A DNA stretch of 64,000 nucleotides from Takakia lepidozioides (taxonomy: Eukaryota; Plantae; Bryophyta). Under the pieces are notes generated by a model, which saw only the letters and a list, made by a program, of their open reading frames with translations, had not been told where the DNA came from and made no database searches. The DNA is taken from NCBI GenBank assembly GCA_030704615.1, contig CM060734.1:10106001-10170000 (forward strand), written 5' to 3'. This document shows, piece by piece, positions 60,898 through 64,000 of the stretch (the first letter of the stretch is position 1; every line of letters begins with the position of its first letter). Both the position numbers and the translations under genes were made by a program.

Positions 60898-63800
60898 TGT
60901 CAAGTTATTTTACCACTAGTGTGAAACTAGCTAGGAAATAGCTAGCTTTTACATATTGACATTTGGGATTGGCCCAAGTGTCAATCCAGGGGTCAAGGCA
61001 GATTTAGGCCCTGGAGTGGTTATCTTCACGGCAAGCGCGGAAGGCTCATCTTTCTCGAGTTGAGCCTCACCGCGCCTAGCTATGGCGCCGTAGTGTGGAT
61101 TCCCCATGGCGTGGGGTGTACTTGGCTTGACTTGTATTTGAGTGATGAGGTTATATATGCATGAGTTTATGCTTCAGCTTTGTGAGTTCGCATGAGCTTG
61201 TGCTTGTATTCTTCTTCTTTATCACTCGAGAAAGATCAGCTCGTATCTATGAGTGCTAGATACGAGTTAGTTGTAGCACTTGTGGTTTTTGCTTGAGAAT
61301 GAGAGAAACCAAGTTGTTATGCAAGGAGCACCGTGGAGCTCTTGGTTGTTAGAAGCGGAGGCGATGTGGGTTACGAGGTGGTAAACCTTGGCATTCGATC
61401 TTCAGCTTCAGAGATGAAAGCACCATACTGCAGGTAATTCCAGAGCACCTTGATGGTTTCAGATTGTGTACATGCATGAGCAAGCACGATGGGAAGAGGA
61501 CCAGTCAAGAGCAGGTTATAGTGGCTTTGGTGGCAAAGCTGAGAACTGGACTTGGGAATGCGAGCTTTCATTGTGTGAAGGATTGCAGGACCAAGCGAAA
61601 GGGCTGATTTGGCTTGGGGCAAATCAGTGCACTTTGTGGAGTATGGTGAGATTGGGGTTTCAATCTCGAGCTTCAGCATTGAGAGGGCTCTTGTCATGGC
61701 GAGAGCAGGGCTGGAACAGGAGCTAAGAGAAGTGTCTTGTGGCTGAAAATGTAAGCCTTAAGGTTTCAGGAGCTTGGCAAAGGCTGTGGAGTGCTTAGTC
61801 TTGTCTTAGAGAGCATCAAGGAACCAAGGAGCCAAGATAGGGGGCTGATATCTCTTGTGTGAAGAGTTGCATGTGTGGAGCATGCTATCAGCCTGGTGAA
61901 GGCTTGCACTTTCAGGTGTGGGAGTGCAAGAAAGGAAGGAAGGGGCTGGTTTCCCTGTAGGGCATGTGGAGCATGCTTTCAGCCTGCTGAAGCTTGTATT
62001 TTCAGGTTTGTGGGTGCAAGAAATGAAGCAAAGGAGTGATTCTCTTATGGTGAGAGTAGGGCATGTGTGGAGAATGCCTTCAGCCCATTGAGGCTCTTGT
62101 TTTCAAGCTTTAGAGAGCTAGAACGGAAGTCTAGGGCTGGTTTCCACTTGGAGTGAAAGAAAAGCACTTGTAGGGCCTATGTGAGTTGGGGTTTCAACTT
62201 CAAGCTTGAAGGGAGCGCAACTTTGAAGCAGCAGGTGTAGGGGGCTGGAATAGGCTCTAAGACAGATGCTATGGCCAAGGAGAGTGCTTGAATGAGTGCT
62301 CACAAGGGCTGGGAACCAGCAGGGCTTGGTTGTTTGCCATTGAGTTTAGTGGCGTGTTGGGAGGCTAAGTGAGAAAGAAGGCTTGGTTTGTGGCAACCAC
62401 CTCATGGCTTAGGGCTACTATGGTGGTGTGTGCCGAAAGAGCAAGAATACCTTGCTGATTTCCTCACAGCCGCCATAGCTCAATGGAAAGAAGCCTAGAG
62501 TCCAAGAGACACAAACCTGATTGGCGTGGCTAAACCCTTGGAAGAAATGGCTAAATTGCCAGAGCGGCCATGGATGGGGCTGTGATGGGCTGTGAGGGGC
62601 GTGACAGGCGTGCTAAGGCCTTTGAGGCATATGAGGCTGTGAGGGGCTGTGACAGGCTGTGCCCATGGCCTTTGGGGCTGTGATGGGCTGTGAGGGGCTG
62701 TGACAGGTGCCGTGCCTGAAGGCCTTTGAGGCTGTGAGGGGCTGTGAGGGATGTGACAGTGCCTGTGCCTGAGGCCTGTGGGGCTGTGAGGGGCTGTGAG
62801 GGGGACTGTGTTGTAGCAACCGTGCCTTGAGGGGCTGTGGTGGCTGTGACGGGCTGTGACAGGCTTGTGTGCCAGTGGCCTGTGGGGCTGTGAAGGGCTG
62901 TGACAGGCTGTGGCCCATGGCCTTGGGGCTGTGATGGGCTGTGAGGGGCTGTGACAGGCCGTGCCTGAGGCCTTTGATGCTGTGACGGGGATGTGACGGG
63001 ATGTGACGGGCTGTGCCCATGGCCTTTGGGGCTGTGATGGGCTTGTGAGGGGCCGTGACAGGCCGTGGCTGAGGCTTTGAGGCTGTGCAGGCTGTGAGGG
63101 GCTGTGACAGGCCGTGCTGAGGCCTTTGGGGCTGTGAGGGGCTGTGAGGGCTGTGTCAGGCCGTGCCCTGAGGCCTGTGGGGCTGTGATGTGTGTGTGTG
63201 TTCTGGGCTGTGGACTGTGACGGCTGTGGTGAGCTGTGTGGGCCTGTGCTGGTCTGTGGTGGCCCGTGTTGACCTGGGGGCCTGTGCTGACTCGTGGAGG
63301 CACTGGTGGACTGCCTAAGGACTGGCATGTGGTCTGGAAGGCCGAATTTTGAAGCTCGTGGAGGGCGGTTTGAGGAGTATCTTCATGATATTCCCATGGT
63401 CATGCAAGTGAGGGAGAGAGGAGAGGAAGAGTGTTGGGATGAGGGCATGCTGGGGTTAGGCATTGCTTTAGCTTCTCTTCCTCGTAGTTTCCACCCTCTC
63501 ATTAGGCCAAGACCTTTCCGTAGGTGGAGGCAAGAGTCAGTCCGGGTTTGGGCTGGGGTGTCCTTGCAGAGCAACACCGTGGAGTTGTTTTTGGTGTGGG
63601 GGAGTTGTCGTTCTGATTTCTTGTGTTTGGATCCCCTCCATACCTGCATGCTTGACTGTGCGCCATGCTAGTTTTGTGTGGGCGCTTGTTTTATAGGTGA
63701 TTGGTCCGGATTTGATCACCGGCCAGTCCTAGAGCATGCTGTCGATGGTGAGGCTGGGGTGATGACCAGCCAGACCATCATTGTTCTCCTGTGGTGAGGT

Positions 63801-64000
63801 TGGAGGTGATGACCAGCCAACCATAGGAGTGCTTGCGGTGGATGCAGGTACAGGTGTAGCTATGTTAGGAACTTAGTATTCCAAACCATAAGCCGCAACA
63901 GGTTCTCTACCCGGTTACCTTGTGGAGAGGGGTTTAGGGACATGTTCATGACCGGTTGAGTGTCAACACGGAGGTGCCACTAGTTGCTGGGGACAGTGCC
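60898..64000 (+). mobile_element. 5' part of a second, diverged member of the split-repeat element family
   Basis: A-like repeat TGTCAAG..TTTATCA (60898-61224), PBS CTCGAGAAAGATCAGC (61225-61240), and ~63500-63860 matching the reverse complement of ~29360-29720 (pre-gag leader). Confidence 0.85.
62575..63290. repeat. GGCTGTGA-core degenerate tandem repeat in the element leader
   Basis: Many copies of gggctgtga(g/c/t); this explains the spurious P/S/T/H/Q-rich ORFs here. Confidence 0.9.

Noticed and set aside
62495-63328. Three overlapping long minus-strand ORFs (277, 250, 135 aa)
   Set aside because: By-products of the stop-poor GGCTGTGA tandem repeat.

Overview
Eukaryotic, retrotransposon-dominated DNA. 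It is probably from a non-seed land plant, inferred from plant-type host genes with short GT-AG introns and the element types. Host sequences are an MRC/PII1-like coiled-coil exon (frameshifted), a spliced PWWP-domain gene whose intron holds a LINE, and an F-box/kelch pseudogene. The rest is nested elements: an L1 LINE, an RTE-X-like LINE, a chromovirus whose two LTRs share a TSD but face opposite ways about 32 kb apart (inversion), a rearranged second copy of it, and a non-chromovirus Ty3/gypsy element ending in a tandem array of PPT+RPL32 fragments. The most striking object is a 12.4 kb minus-strand Ty3/gypsy-type element at 21152-33526. Its pol carries a DNMT3-like C5 cytosine methyltransferase between protease and RT, and a PHD finger after the DDE integrase. 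It has a self-priming (tRNA-independent) PBS. Its termini are split direct repeats (A ... B-A-B) instead of two LTRs, bounded by TG..CA and a 4-bp TSD. A second, diverged family member begins at 60898. All calls are by eye; no searches were run.
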